A DNA stretch of 37,708 bases from Octopus sinensis (GCF_006345805.1 NW_021835908.1:1-37708); one strand, 5' to 3'. Positions 23,445 to 35,051 are shown, counted from the stretch's first letter. The notes: generated by a model from the sequence alone, not told the origin. Made by a program: numbers and translations.

Positions 23445-23762
23445 TATTGGCACAAGGCCTGATATTTTGAGGGAAGGGGCATCTCAGTTATATCGACCTC
23501 TGCATTCAGCTGGTATTTTATCTTATCGATGCCGAGAGGATGAAAGACAAAGTCGACCTTGGCGAAATTTGAACTTGGAACATAGAGAGACAAAATACCG
23601 CTAAAACGATCTCGGTCAGCTCACTTGCTGCCTTAATAATCTTTTCTATTATAGGCACAAGGCTTGAAATTTATTTTGGAGGGGGTAAGTCGATTACATC
23701 GATATCAGTGCTCGACTGATACTTATCTTATCGACTCCGAAAGGATGAAAGACTCGCCGCCT
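23445..23762 (-). mobile_element. two stacked SINE-C2 copies (23445-23635 and 23643-23762)
   Basis: Each begins GGCACAAGG on the plus strand and carries ATCGA..GAAAGAC. Confidence 0.75.
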
Positions 23763-23764
23763 TC

Positions 23765-23770
23765 TTAATA

Positions 23771-23821
<51 letters not shown>

Positions 23822-23877
23822 TGATGATGATGATGATGATGATGATAATGATGATGATGGTGATGATGATGATGATG

Positions 23878-23908
<31 letters not shown>
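23765..23908. repeat. (AAT)n-(GAT)n-(AAT)n
   Basis: Seen directly. Confidence 0.95.
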
Positions 23909-23910
<2 letters not shown>

Positions 23911-24013
23911 GTTTCAAATTTTGCCACAAAGACAGCCATTTTGAATGGCGGGCGAAAGACCACTAAGCATTCCGTCTAGCGCACTAACAATTGTGCCAGC
24001 TTGCAGCCTTCTT

Positions 24014-24177
24014 AATAATTCTTCCCATTATTGGCACCAGGCCTGAGATTTGGGGGAGGGGGATAGTCGATTACATCGACTCCAGTACCCAACTTAATTT
24101 ATCGACCCCGAAAGAATGAAAGGCAAAGTCGACCTCGGCGGAATTTGAACTCAGAACGTAGCGATGGGCGAAATACC
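24014..24177 (-). mobile_element. SINE-C2, 5'-truncated at GGTATTTCG
   Basis: GGCACCAGGCCTGAGATTTGGGG..GGGCGAAATACC. Confidence 0.88.
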
Positions 24178-24421
24178 TCTTTCTTTACTACCCATAAGGG
24201 GCTAAACACAGAGAGGACAAACAAGGACAGACAAACAAGGACAGACAAACGGATTAAGTCGATTATATCGACCCCAGTGCGTAATTGGCACTTATTTAAT
24301 CGACCCCGAAAGGATGAAAGGCAAAGTCGGCCTCGGCAGAATATGAACTCAGAACGTAACGACGGGCGAAATACCGCTAAGCATTTAGTCCGGCGCGCTA
24401 ATGATTTTGCCAGCTCGCCGC
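24178..24421 (-). mobile_element. SINE-C1, full length
   Basis: Matches 16268-16500, with an internal duplication of ACAAGGACAGACAA. Confidence 0.92.
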
Positions 24422-25677
24422 ATTATTATTATTAATAATAATAATAATAATAATGATGATAATGATGATGATGATGATGATGATTTCTTTTTAGTATTTG
24501 CAAAAACTTCAACATCAGTTTGTTTGCGTATGTTTTTCATATCTTAAAATAAATTAAAGAAAAGCTTCAGCAGAAATTGTATTTTCTGGAATGAAAGTGT
24601 TTCCTTTGTAAGTTGATATTTTTCGAGAGCAGAAAATAAAATAAAAAGCTTTGTTTCATGAAAATCCATCAACAATTTAAGCTTCTTGAGTATATAATAT
24701 TCAACCCAGAGTAATTCTTTTTCAAACAAACAAACAAACAAACCAGATTATTGCAACTCAAGGTGAATTTACTGTCTAAAAAAAGATTCTGCAATTCTTA
24801 AAATTTTGATTTTGCGCGTTGCAAAGATGGTAAAGATTGTACTAGAAACGAAAATGGATGCGATAAAAATAATTCGGTTTTCCATCTTGTTTTTTTTTTG
24901 TCATCGCTTTAAAAAATTATTATTTTTTTTTTTCTGTTTCGCAATGTAGAATATATGTGTTAGTAAAATAACTGCAGTAATCATGTCGAATACATCCATT
25001 CTCTCCCTCTCTTTAAAAAGAATGATAATTGTAATGAGTCAAAAGAAGTTCTTGGTATATATATTAGTCGAAGAAGGAAACAGATAGTAAAGATAATTCA
25101 TAGGGAATTGAAAAAAGCTAAGTTCCTACTGATGTAGGTTAATTTATCGCTTGAAGCTATATCACAGTACTGACGACGTCAATAGCTTGAAACAACTGTT
25201 TGCGTGTCTGGACAAAAATGAGCTGAGATTATACAGAAAACATTGAAGTTGATGATGTCTATAATAACACCGAACTATATGCTTTTACCCCATGAAGTCC
25301 CTTGTTTTGGAACAGTTTATATTGAAGCGGGACTACTGGTTTAGTCATGCAGGGAGTCTATAGATAAGAAGTGAAGTACTACTACAAAGGACTCCTATCC
25401 CGCTCGTCGCTAATGTAATTAAACATTTTTAAAGAAGTGCTTAGTTTTCTCAGCTTTTTTTTTGCTTATGACTCAGCAAAGGGAATTCTTTACCAACCTC
25501 TCGTTATTCTACAGTTTGGTGCGGAGCTCAACTTTCTGTGGCTTTGCGTGGACTAAAGACGAATCTCTTCTGGGATAGACCGACTGCTTGTCACACTTGA
25601 CTTTTCCTTCATGTGAAAAGCGCCATATCTTTATTTAAGACGTGTTGCACTTTTCCTTATTACATATCAATGCGATA

Positions 25678-25841
<164 letters not shown>

Positions 25842-26036
25842 GTAATATATATATATATATACACATATGTGTGCGTGTGTTTGTGTGTGTGTCTGTCAGT
25901 CTGTGTGTCTGTGTAAAACACATAATATTCGTAGCCACATAAACATGACTATCCGTTCGAATGGACTCACCTGCGATTTTTAAACCCAAGAGGACATCTC
26001 TAGCTAGTTAACAATGCAGAGCAGCATCCAATAAAC

Positions 26037-26117
<81 letters not shown>

Positions 26118-26294
26118 CACTAAACCTTTTTTTATTTCCTCTCTCTGCTTATTCCTGTGTTCCTTTCTGTTGAAGACCGTAGGCTCGAAACATAAAAGAC
26201 TTCCTCACTTCCCGAGCGTTAAACTAATACATCTGTTTGTTGTTTACACACTCGTCTTCGTCTTTTATTTTGTTTTTTCTTTGTAAATTCCAAG
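26118..26294 (+). mobile_element. Penelope-like terminal module with degenerate hammerhead motif (26163-26198)
   Basis: CTTT-CTGTTGA-A-GACCGTAGGCTC-GAAAC-ATA-AAAG, then CCCGAGCGT..TAATAC; TA/CA repeats on both sides. Confidence 0.5.
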
Positions 26295-26380
26295 TATATA
26301 TATATATATATGCATTTGTGTACATCTATCTGTCCGTCTGTCTGTCAGTCTGTGTCTGTCTGCCTGTCTATCTCCCTCTC

Positions 26381-26427
<47 letters not shown>

Positions 26428-26446
26428 CTCTATCTATCTTCTACTT

Positions 26447-26552
26447 AGCTTCCGGGCATTAGTCAGTAGAGAATCTATTATAGAAGACACTTGCCCAAGT
26501 TGTCACGCAATGTGTCTGAACGTGAAATCACGTGGTTTCAAAGCGAGCTTCC
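26447..26552 (-). mobile_element. SINE-A head fragment
   Basis: AGAAGACACTTGCCCAAG..CACGCA..CACGTGGTT. Confidence 0.7.
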
Positions 26553-26924
26553 AAATCAAGACAAACATGAAAGTTTCTGAACTTGTTGAATTCTCTGTAT
26601 ATTACCCTGCTCCAACGGACATCAAATTTGGTTTTGAACTTAAAGGTTATCAGAAAAGAAATCTGCCTGAAAATACCATTTGGTCAGTGATTTCGCTTTT
26701 ACATAAACCTGAACGATATGAAGCTTTTGTTTCTGCAAGGAATCAACGTTTGATTTTTATCTCGTTTTTTAAAAAAATTATTTTAATTAAAATTAAAATT
26801 AAAAATTTCTTTCTACAAAGTGAGGAGACAGTTGTGCTAGAGAATCAGAAATGGCGAAAAATAACAATCTAGAAGAGAAAGGCATTGTTTCGGAAATAAA
26901 TTTCATTTTAACTGTATTGAACAG

Positions 26925-26960
26925 TGATTAATAATAATAATAATGATAATGATAATAATG

Positions 26961-27032
<72 letters not shown>

Positions 27033-27255
27033 TTAATAATAGTAATAATAATGATGATGATGATAATAATAATAATAATAATAGTAATAATAATGATGAT
27101 GATGATAATAATAATAATAATAATAATAGTAATAATAGTAATAATGATAATAAATAATAATAATAGTAATAATAGTAATAATAATAATGATAATAATAAT
27201 AATAATAATAGTAATAATAATAATAATAATAATATAATAATATAATAATATAATG

Positions 27256-27289
<34 letters not shown>

Positions 27290-27393
27290 TGATGATGATG
27301 ATGATAATAATAATAATAATAATAGTAATAGTAATAATAATAATGATACTACTACTACTACTACTAATAATAATGATGATGATGATGATCATG

Positions 27394-27449
<56 letters not shown>

Positions 27450-27490
27450 TACGACGATGACGGTGGCGACAGCAACAATAATGATAATGA
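26925..27490. repeat. (AAT)n array with GAT/AGT/TAC variants
   Basis: Seen directly. Confidence 0.95.
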
Positions 27491-28715
27491 GAAAGAGAAA
27501 AACAACGAAATAATGCATAGTAAAACTACAAGACAAAAAAGTATGAATAAATCTTGCGATAAATGTAAAATGGTTATAACGAAAGCAATTTTTGAAATAA
27601 AATGAAATAAAGGAAAATATTCGCAAAGTAGTGAAATGACAACGAAGGAAAAATAGTAAAATAGATGAAAAAAAAGCAATTTAACGAACGCATGTAAAAA
27701 TACCTCCTAAAATGAAAAGACAGCCATAAAACTTGAGAGAAGGAAGGAGAGAATAAATAGGAGTATTTCAAATATGGCGGCAAAGAAGGAACTGTAAACT
27801 TTCGGTTGACAATTTTGTTGCGTCTGGAAATATTTTCTAATGGTTTCAAATGTCAAGTCAGATGATTAATTGACAGGCACACATCAGTGTTGTTTGCGAA
27901 TGTTTGTTTGTGTGTTTTAAAACGGAAAATGACAAAAACCAAAACAAGACAAATCAAAAAACAAAAAACAAAAAACAAAAAAACGAAAATAAGCAAGAAA
28001 CAACAGCAAAAGAGCTAAAAGGGTGAAGGTGGAAAATCTAACAATGTTTTGAAACAAGGAATCGGTTAACCTTGTTCTGTTGGACTCTGTTTGTTTGTTT
28101 TTTTAATATAACGAGGAAGAGAAAGCGAATTTTAAAAAGTAGAATAAACTGAAAAAATTGAAGAATATTTTCAGTGTTGTTTTGACTGACCATGCATATT
28201 AATGCGAACTGAAAAACACTTGTGAAAGTCAGAGAGAAAGAGATAAAGAATGAGAGACAGGGATAGAGAAATTGATTGATAAATAGAGAAGGGAGGGGGA
28301 TATATAGATGAATAGATATCGAGAAAAGGGGAGGAGAAGGAGAGGGAGAGAGAGAGGTAGAGACAGATTGTGAGAGAAATATAGGGTTATAGATACATAT
28401 CGATGGGAAGATAGATGAAGAAAGAGACAATATGATAAATACAGAAAGATTGCGAGAGATACAAGATACATTTATAGCTATAGAGGGAGAGAAAGAATGA
28501 GGTAATTATTATATATCCATACCTATATCTATATATATATATTAGTTCGAAGGGTTAAGAATCAAGGCACTTCAACATGTAAGACGCCACCAATTGGCTA
28601 GGTAGAATGACACTAAACAGACAGTGAAATAATCCATCATCATAAGCATCAATTACACAGACTGGATATTGTTATTAGGTAATTCTCTCTTATGGTAAAA
28701 AAAAAGTGTTAAACA

Positions 28716-29057
28716 CCATATCTGTCCAGTACTGCTGTCTTTAGGATTTCCAGACGCTGCGTTTCTAGCATATTAGCCGTTATCAATGGGAAACACTACG
28801 TTTGGGAATCCGAAAGGGGGCAGCACTGGACAGTTCACTTATGCCTAAACATTATTTGGCGCTGCTGCTGGCGGATTTATTGTGACCGGGCGGTCTAATA
28901 ACGCAAAACAGTCAATGTTGTTGACTGTTTTAATTAAAGCTGCGGCTTTAACTCTGTCCAGAGTTACCGCTCTTTGATATTTCCCATTGATATCAGCTAA
29001 AACGCTAGAAATGCAGTGTCTGAGAATCCAGAAGGGGGCAGCACTTGACAGGTATGG
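28716..29057. mobile_element. degenerate MITE-like element with about 80-bp TIRs and internal hairpins
   Basis: 28716-28797 pairs with 28976-29057; termini CATATCTGTC / GACAGGTATG. No TSD found. Confidence 0.5.
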
Positions 29058-29149
29058 CATTTTTACAAATTCAAGGCTGGGGCAACGCCTTGAAGAATTT
29101 TAGTCGAACGAATCAATTCCGGTAAATTTTTTTTGTTTAAATCAGAATC

Positions 29150-29262
29150 TTATTCTGTTAGTTTCCTTTTTTGTTGCCGCCGAACCGCTAAGTTACAAGG
29201 ACATAAATACACACGAACATCAGTTGTGAAGCGGTGGTGGAGGACAAACAGAGACAGAAAGA
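29150..29262 (-). mobile_element. SINE-A internal fragment
   Basis: GCCGAACCGCTAAGTTAC..GGAGGACAAACAGAGACA. Confidence 0.7.
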
Positions 29263-29970
29263 CACACGCACATACACGTACACACACATACACACACATA
29301 CATACACATATATGTATGTACACACAAAGCGAGAGCGAGCAAGAAGAGAGAGAGAGAGTTATAGATAGATAGATAGATAGATAGATAGAGATAGATAGAG
29401 TGAGACAAAGAGAGATAGAGAGTGGGAAGTAAATTAAAATAATGTAAGAATTGTTTTTGAATCTTTGATGTAAAATTTAGTAACTTAATTAAAGTTATTA
29501 AATTTGAATTTATAAAATAACTGAGCCAGGAAAACATTCTACAATAAAAATCCAACCTCCTCTCCTCCTCCTCCTCCTCTTCACCATCACCATCACCACC
29601 ACCTCCATCATCATTGTTGTCGCCGAGACCGTCATCGTCAGCATCATCAGCAGCAACAACAGCAATGCAAGGAATAATATTAATGGAAGCGCTTTTAAAC
29701 AGCAAATCTCTGAACATCAAACAAACGGGATTTGAAAATTGATTTAGAATAAAAGAGAGATGAACGCTAAAATGAATCTTCGTGCAAGAGCTTGCATTGG
29801 AACATCTGCGCAGCAAAAAACCCCATAAAACGCATATAAGGATCATAACTGGGTTTATTGAAGATGGATGAAACATTTGAAAGGTTTTTTGGCAAAGGAA
29901 TATCGTGATGTATTAATTGGTCCAATGGAAGGGTTTCCCACCTTTTTTTTAAACGCTAACTGTAATCTTA

Positions 29971-30482
29971 TATCTTTTACTTGTCTCAGCCATTAGTCTA
30001 CGGCCACGCTGGAGCATGGTCCACGACGAATTTCAGTTTAGCGAAATCGACATTGGTATTTATTATTTCCTTTAATGTCTGGTACTTATTCTATCAGTGT
30101 CTTTTGCTGAACCGCTAGTTACGGAGATATAAACACACCAACACCGGTTGCAAATAAATACATTGGTATTTATTATTTCTTTTAATGTCTGGTACTTATT
30201 CTATCAGTGTCTTTTGCTGAACCGCTAGTAACGGGGACATAAACACACCAACACCGGTTGCAAAGTTGTGGTGGAGGACAAACACAGACACAAAGATACA
30301 TATATAGGCATATATATATTCCTATGACGGGGCTTCTTTCAGTTTCCGTCTACCAAATCCACTGATAAGGCTTTGGCCGGTCTGAAGCTACGGTAGAAGA
30401 AACTCACCCAAGGTAATGCGGAGTGGAAATGAACCCGAAACCACAGGGCTGCAAAGCGAGCATCTTAACGACACAGCCACAC
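29971..30482 (-). mobile_element. SINE-A with internal 105-bp tandem duplication
   Basis: Reverse-complement match to 33631-34193; 30050-30154 is repeated at 30160-30264. Confidence 0.85.
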
Positions 30483-30795
30483 GTAAGATATGACATACAT
30501 GAAGGCTATGAGTAAATATGAAACAAAAACCCCATGAAATGTGGGTGATTAGAAAATAAATTGCTAATCCTTGACCTAGGGTAACCCTCGTTGGTTTGTG
30601 TTGGTTAGCGTAAACAACATCGAGGCTTTATGAAAGGTTTTATGAAAAGCAGCTGGTCGTAAGAGATGACAGTTCGTGCCTGTCTTTTCCTCTATCTGCT
30701 CTGTGTCAATGGTTAAAACGCTATCTCGATGTGAATAGCCTCCATAAGTGATACATCACACAACTGTAAGCTACAGCGGAAGTGTGAAAGGGTAG

Positions 30796-31002
30796 AACAA
30801 AATGCTAAGTCGTATTTTGTCCGGATGTTTACGTTCTGATTTCAAAATCTCGCCGATGTCAACTTTACCTTTCATTTATCGACCCCCCCCCAGTGCTTAA
30901 CTAGCACTTATTTCATCGACCCCGAAATGATGAGAGGCAAAGTCGACCTTGGTAGAGTTTGAACTAAGGACGTAAAGCCGGAAGAAATACTGGGGAGCAT
31001 TT

Positions 31003-31003
<1 letters not shown>
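30796..31003. mobile_element. inverted pair of SINE-C fragments (+ 30796-30875, - 30878-31003)
   Basis: CAAAATGCT..TTTACGTTC..CTTTCAT on the plus strand, and its complement on the right. Confidence 0.7.
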
Positions 31004-31072
<69 letters not shown>

Positions 31073-31081
31073 CATCTCCAC

Positions 31082-31136
<55 letters not shown>

Positions 31137-31343
31137 TATATATATAGTGTAGGAAGAAATGGAGCTGAACGAAGATTTAACAAATCCTTTTTATTATTTT
31201 CTCTCATAGTTTCAATTTTAGGCCCCATGGTCGTAACCTCAACCGTGCTTTTTCTGTTGTGATTTTGTGCTACCCAGGTATCGTTATCTTTGAATTATCC
31301 GTAATAAGATAATTCATTTATCTACTTCAATAATATATATATA

Positions 31344-31385
<42 letters not shown>

Positions 31386-31890
31386 ATATACATACATATA
31401 TACGACAGAAATATTTTGTCTCTTTTTATGGAGACAAAAGAGTTTATAAGCCTGCAAAAAAGAGGTGCTCGAATGTAATTGAGACAGAGATAAAAAAAAA
31501 CATTGATCAAAGAACAAAAATCAAATTCGAGTCAAAGACTTTATATATAACACAGCGCCTTAAAAACATTTGATCATACATAAATATTACCATGGCTCTT
31601 AAACATATAAAGTATACATATATAAAAAACACAGGAGGTAAAAAAAAATATATATGCGAATAAAAATACAGATATATAGAACGGCCTATCAAGGCGGTAT
31701 ACAGAATCGACTGAAAATTCTAAATCGTGTCCTTGCGACTAAAAATCTAAATAAAATAAAATATCAATCGACTGAAAAAATTTTTCTTACTCCTTTCAAA
31801 CAAAAATGTATGTCATGCGTATATATTTGTGTGTGCATATATGTTATGTATATATGTTTATATATATGTATGTATGTATTATACAATATA

Positions 31891-31933
<43 letters not shown>

Positions 31934-31975
31934 ATAATATATATATATATAATATATAGCTATATATATATATAT

Positions 31976-32015
<40 letters not shown>

Positions 32016-32017
32016 AT

Positions 32018-32235
32018 ATGAAGTCAATAGATCTGGATGACCTGAGATGGGAGTCGGTCGCAAAGGATCGCCCCACGCTGGAGACAAATACTACACAAGG
32101 GGGTGGAGCGAGGGAAAGAGAAACTGGAGTTTGCCACCAAAGAAAAGCGTGATCTGAGAAAGGAAAAGTCAGTAATGCAGGTGGAGAGCTTCTTCAGATG
32201 CAGTCGCTGCATGCGAACAACAAAGCACAAATGAT
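32018..32235 (+). mobile_element. RTE-clade LINE ORF C-terminal fragment
   Basis: MKSIDLDDLRWESVAKDRP, +1 frameshift near 32078, then WRQILHKGVERGKEKLEFATKEKRDLRKEKSVMQVESFFRCSRC. This fits the RTE/BovB-type WE..A.DR..WR motif and the start of the terminal CxxC. Confidence 0.8.
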
Positions 32236-32294
32236 ATGCCTGGCTAATAACCCCCTACTTCCAAATAAAAATAGGAAATACCCTAAATAATAAC

Positions 32295-32646
32295 AACAAG
32301 AGCACTCAGAGAGCGCAAACCTCCACCAAGGCAACACCAACGTCATCTCAACGATCATCCAGAGATGATTTTCAAAATGAGAATATCTGAAATAAACTCG
32401 TCTGCTCTGACAAACGAGAATACTAAAAATGAACCCGACCGTTCTCAAAAATTCAGTATAAAACTGGAAAAATGATCCAGAATCCGTGTCCGGTGCCGGA
32501 TCAATCCCAAAATCTAATCAATTCATGCCAGTCACGAGGCCAAACATCCCTGAAAGTTTCATGCGAATGCATCCAGTGGTTCTTGAGCTACCTTGTCCAC
32601 GGACAAACAAACAAACGCGACTGAAAACAATACCATCCGCCTTAGC
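32295..32646 (+). mobile_element. non-autonomous Helentron-associated (DINE-1/HINE-like) element, 3' hairpin cut in half
   Basis: AACAAGAG start, GATCCAGAATCCG..CCGGATC..CCAAAATCTAATCA core, ACAA microsatellite, then AACAATACC..CCGCCTTAGC (left arm only). Confidence 0.5.
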
Positions 32647-32859
32647 AAAAACTGATTAGCTAAATAAACTGATTAGCTAAATCAGTAAGAAAACTGATTA
32701 GCTAAAGCGTACCACCTTGTTACAGTCTTTTGTGAACTCCTCGAAATTCCATTACAAAACAGTTGAAACACCTAAGTTTTTAAATACTGGAGAAAACTTC
32801 GTACCTTTGACCTTTAAAGTGTCAAAGCAAATGATTAAATTCAACAAAACCAAAAGTAG

Positions 32860-33235
32860 CTAAAACTACCCACGAAAAGGGACACCCGCTAAACAGTTCT
32901 ACATACGTAAATAAATTCTAAATGATAACAGAACCCCAAATTTAATCAATAAAAGTTTCTCCAAAACACCTCTCCATAACAACCCGCCCTAAAAGCCTAA
33001 TTAGCAATTCACTAAAACCCACACACCCAAGGAAGATTTTAACTGAATGAAGACTACACAAATCCAAGATTAACTTCATTGCATCGCCGTCTGACGATGG
33101 CTTTAGTGGGCAAAACTTCGAAGTCGCTGTCAGTAATATTCTTGTTTAAGAATAATTCATTTGTACTCGAAAACTTAGAGAGTTACGCATCAGATTAATG
33201 TAAAATTGGTTTTGCTATGACCGAACATAGCAGCA
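32860..33235 (+). mobile_element. possible Penelope-like 3' remnant with hammerhead-like motif
   Basis: KQFYIRK* resembles a GIY-YIG C-terminus (weak). CTGACGA..C-AAAAC-TTCGAA-GTC at 33091-33125. Confidence 0.3.
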
Positions 33236-33630
33236 AACATTAATATACCCCTACCCCACAGAGACATATACACGCACACACACACACCACACACACACAT
33301 ATACCCACGCATGTACTTAGAGCTTTCGTGATTACAGTGAAAATATTCATAGCCATGGGATTATGAAGATTAGTGAAGTCTCCTGTTTTATCCGACACAA
33401 TGATATTAATTGGGTGGAATTAAACGTTACTCTAGCAATCTAACAATTGTTTCTAACGATGTGAATAGCCGAAAGCAATATTAATTTGCTTAAGTTTCGA
33501 GTGCGAATTCAAGAGGCCAGTTCTCGTTATAACAAAGATCGCGATCAAGTTTCGATCCATCCGCTCCCCGTCAATAATAGTTATCGGAAAAGGCATAAAA
33601 GCCGCACCTTCATATTATCGCTTTCTAAAA

Positions 33631-33789
33631 TGCAGAATGGCTGTGTTCTAAGTAACTTGCTTACCAGCCACATGGTTCCGGGTTCAGTCCCACTGCGTGG
33701 CACCTTGGGTAAGTGTCTTCTACTATAGCCTCGGGCCGATCAAAACCATGTGAGTGGATTTGATAGACGGAAATCGAAAGAAGCCCGTC

Positions 33790-33828
<39 letters not shown>

Positions 33829-34193
33829 TATATATATTATATATCTATATATATATAATATATACATATATATATACATATATATATATACATATATATA
33901 CATACATATATACATATATATACATATACATACATATATATATATGTGTGTGTGTGTGTGTGGTGTGTGTGTGTATGTTTGTGTGTCTGTGTTTGTCCCC
34001 CCCCAACATCGCTTGACATCCGATGCTGGTGTGTTTGTGTCCCCGTAACGTAGCGGTTCGGCAGAAGAGACCGATAGAATAAATACTAGGCTTACAAGGA
34101 ATAAGCCCTGGGGTCGGTTTGCTCGACCAAAAAGGCAATGCTCCAGCATGGCCGCAGTCAAATGACTGAAACAAGTAAAAGAGTAAAAGAGTA
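33631..34193 (+). mobile_element. SINE-A, full length, internal microsatellite slot expanded
   Basis: GGTTCCGGGTTCAGTCCC B-box-like, CORE-like CCTTGGG(T/C)AAGTGTCTT, (TA)n(TG)n at about 33791-33985, tail GAAACAAGTAAAAGAGTAAAAGAG. Confidence 0.92.
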
Positions 34194-34393
34194 TCTTATA
34201 GGAACAAGAGCATTAGTCTCTTTGGTATGTGTTTTTCAGACGGGAGTATCGTAGGAGTATTGGGAGATTTAAGTTTCGTGTTTGAAAGTTCTGACCTCAA
34301 ATACTATGAAAGGGAAGAAACATCTTCCATATTATGATGCAAAAAAAAAATAATAATAAAAAAACAGCAGCAGTAACAACAACAACAGCAACA

Positions 34394-34445
34394 GTGGAAG
34401 CGCAATGGCCAAATGGTTAGGGCAGCAGACTCGCGGTCGTAAGAT
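34394..34445 (+). mobile_element. SINE-B head only
   Basis: GTGGAAGCGCAATGGCCAAATGGTTAGGGCAGCAGACTCGCGGTCGTAAGAT. Confidence 0.8.
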
Positions 34446-34629
34446 AACATGGGGACCTATTTTTCGATAACACGGGGTCCTGCAACACCTGCCGTCTCAA
34501 CGGCAACTGGCACAAACTGGTAGTGGCCGGTTAAGACCGCCCGTGTATTTATTGATTTTTCTCTCCGTTGCGTTACGAGCGGCGACATCCAGGTTTGCAG
34601 CCGAAGCTGCAAATCTGGGGGCCAATGAC

Positions 34630-34770
34630 TAAACCTTTAACTCATTGATCCCCGAGGGATAAAAAATAAAACTGACATCGATGGGATTTGAACTGAAAAC
34701 GCAAAGAGCAACGTAGAAATAAATACACCACGGCATTTTTTCCGATGGTGTAACAATTCTACGTTTCATG
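34630..34770 (-). mobile_element. SINE-C, old copy
   Basis: GATCCCCGAGGGATAAAA..GGGATTTGAACTGA. Confidence 0.5.
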
Positions 34771-35051
34771 GTCCCCACCAGAAAATAAATATAAATCTGA
34801 AAACTCCGGCTAGTACAATTTGTAATGCGTACAATTTGAAATGCGTGATTAATTTCGTGTGAAATTCCTTGTTTTTAACCATTTACTTGATATGAGAAGA
34901 ATTTATAATAATTAGACAGCTGGTTTTTCTCTCTTGTTTCAATATCTGACCTTTACGTGTTATAAGTAAAAGAGAAAAAAGGAATAGGAGCACAGCGTAT
35001 TTCAGAGAGATAATGTTATGGAGACATGTTGGTGCTTACGTCCTTAATGAG

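Noticed and set aside
26237-26872. 211-aa ORF
   Set aside because: The first half is CT repeats plus an antisense SINE-A head. The remainder has no recognisable motif, and splice-like sites on both strands are mutually inconsistent.
29220-29876. 218-aa minus-strand ORF
   Set aside because: It spans GATA, CA and trinucleotide low-complexity tracts and a SINE fragment.
34540-34635. HDV-like ribozyme using the 13-bp stem as P4
   Set aside because: No P1/P3/P1.1 elements could be placed.
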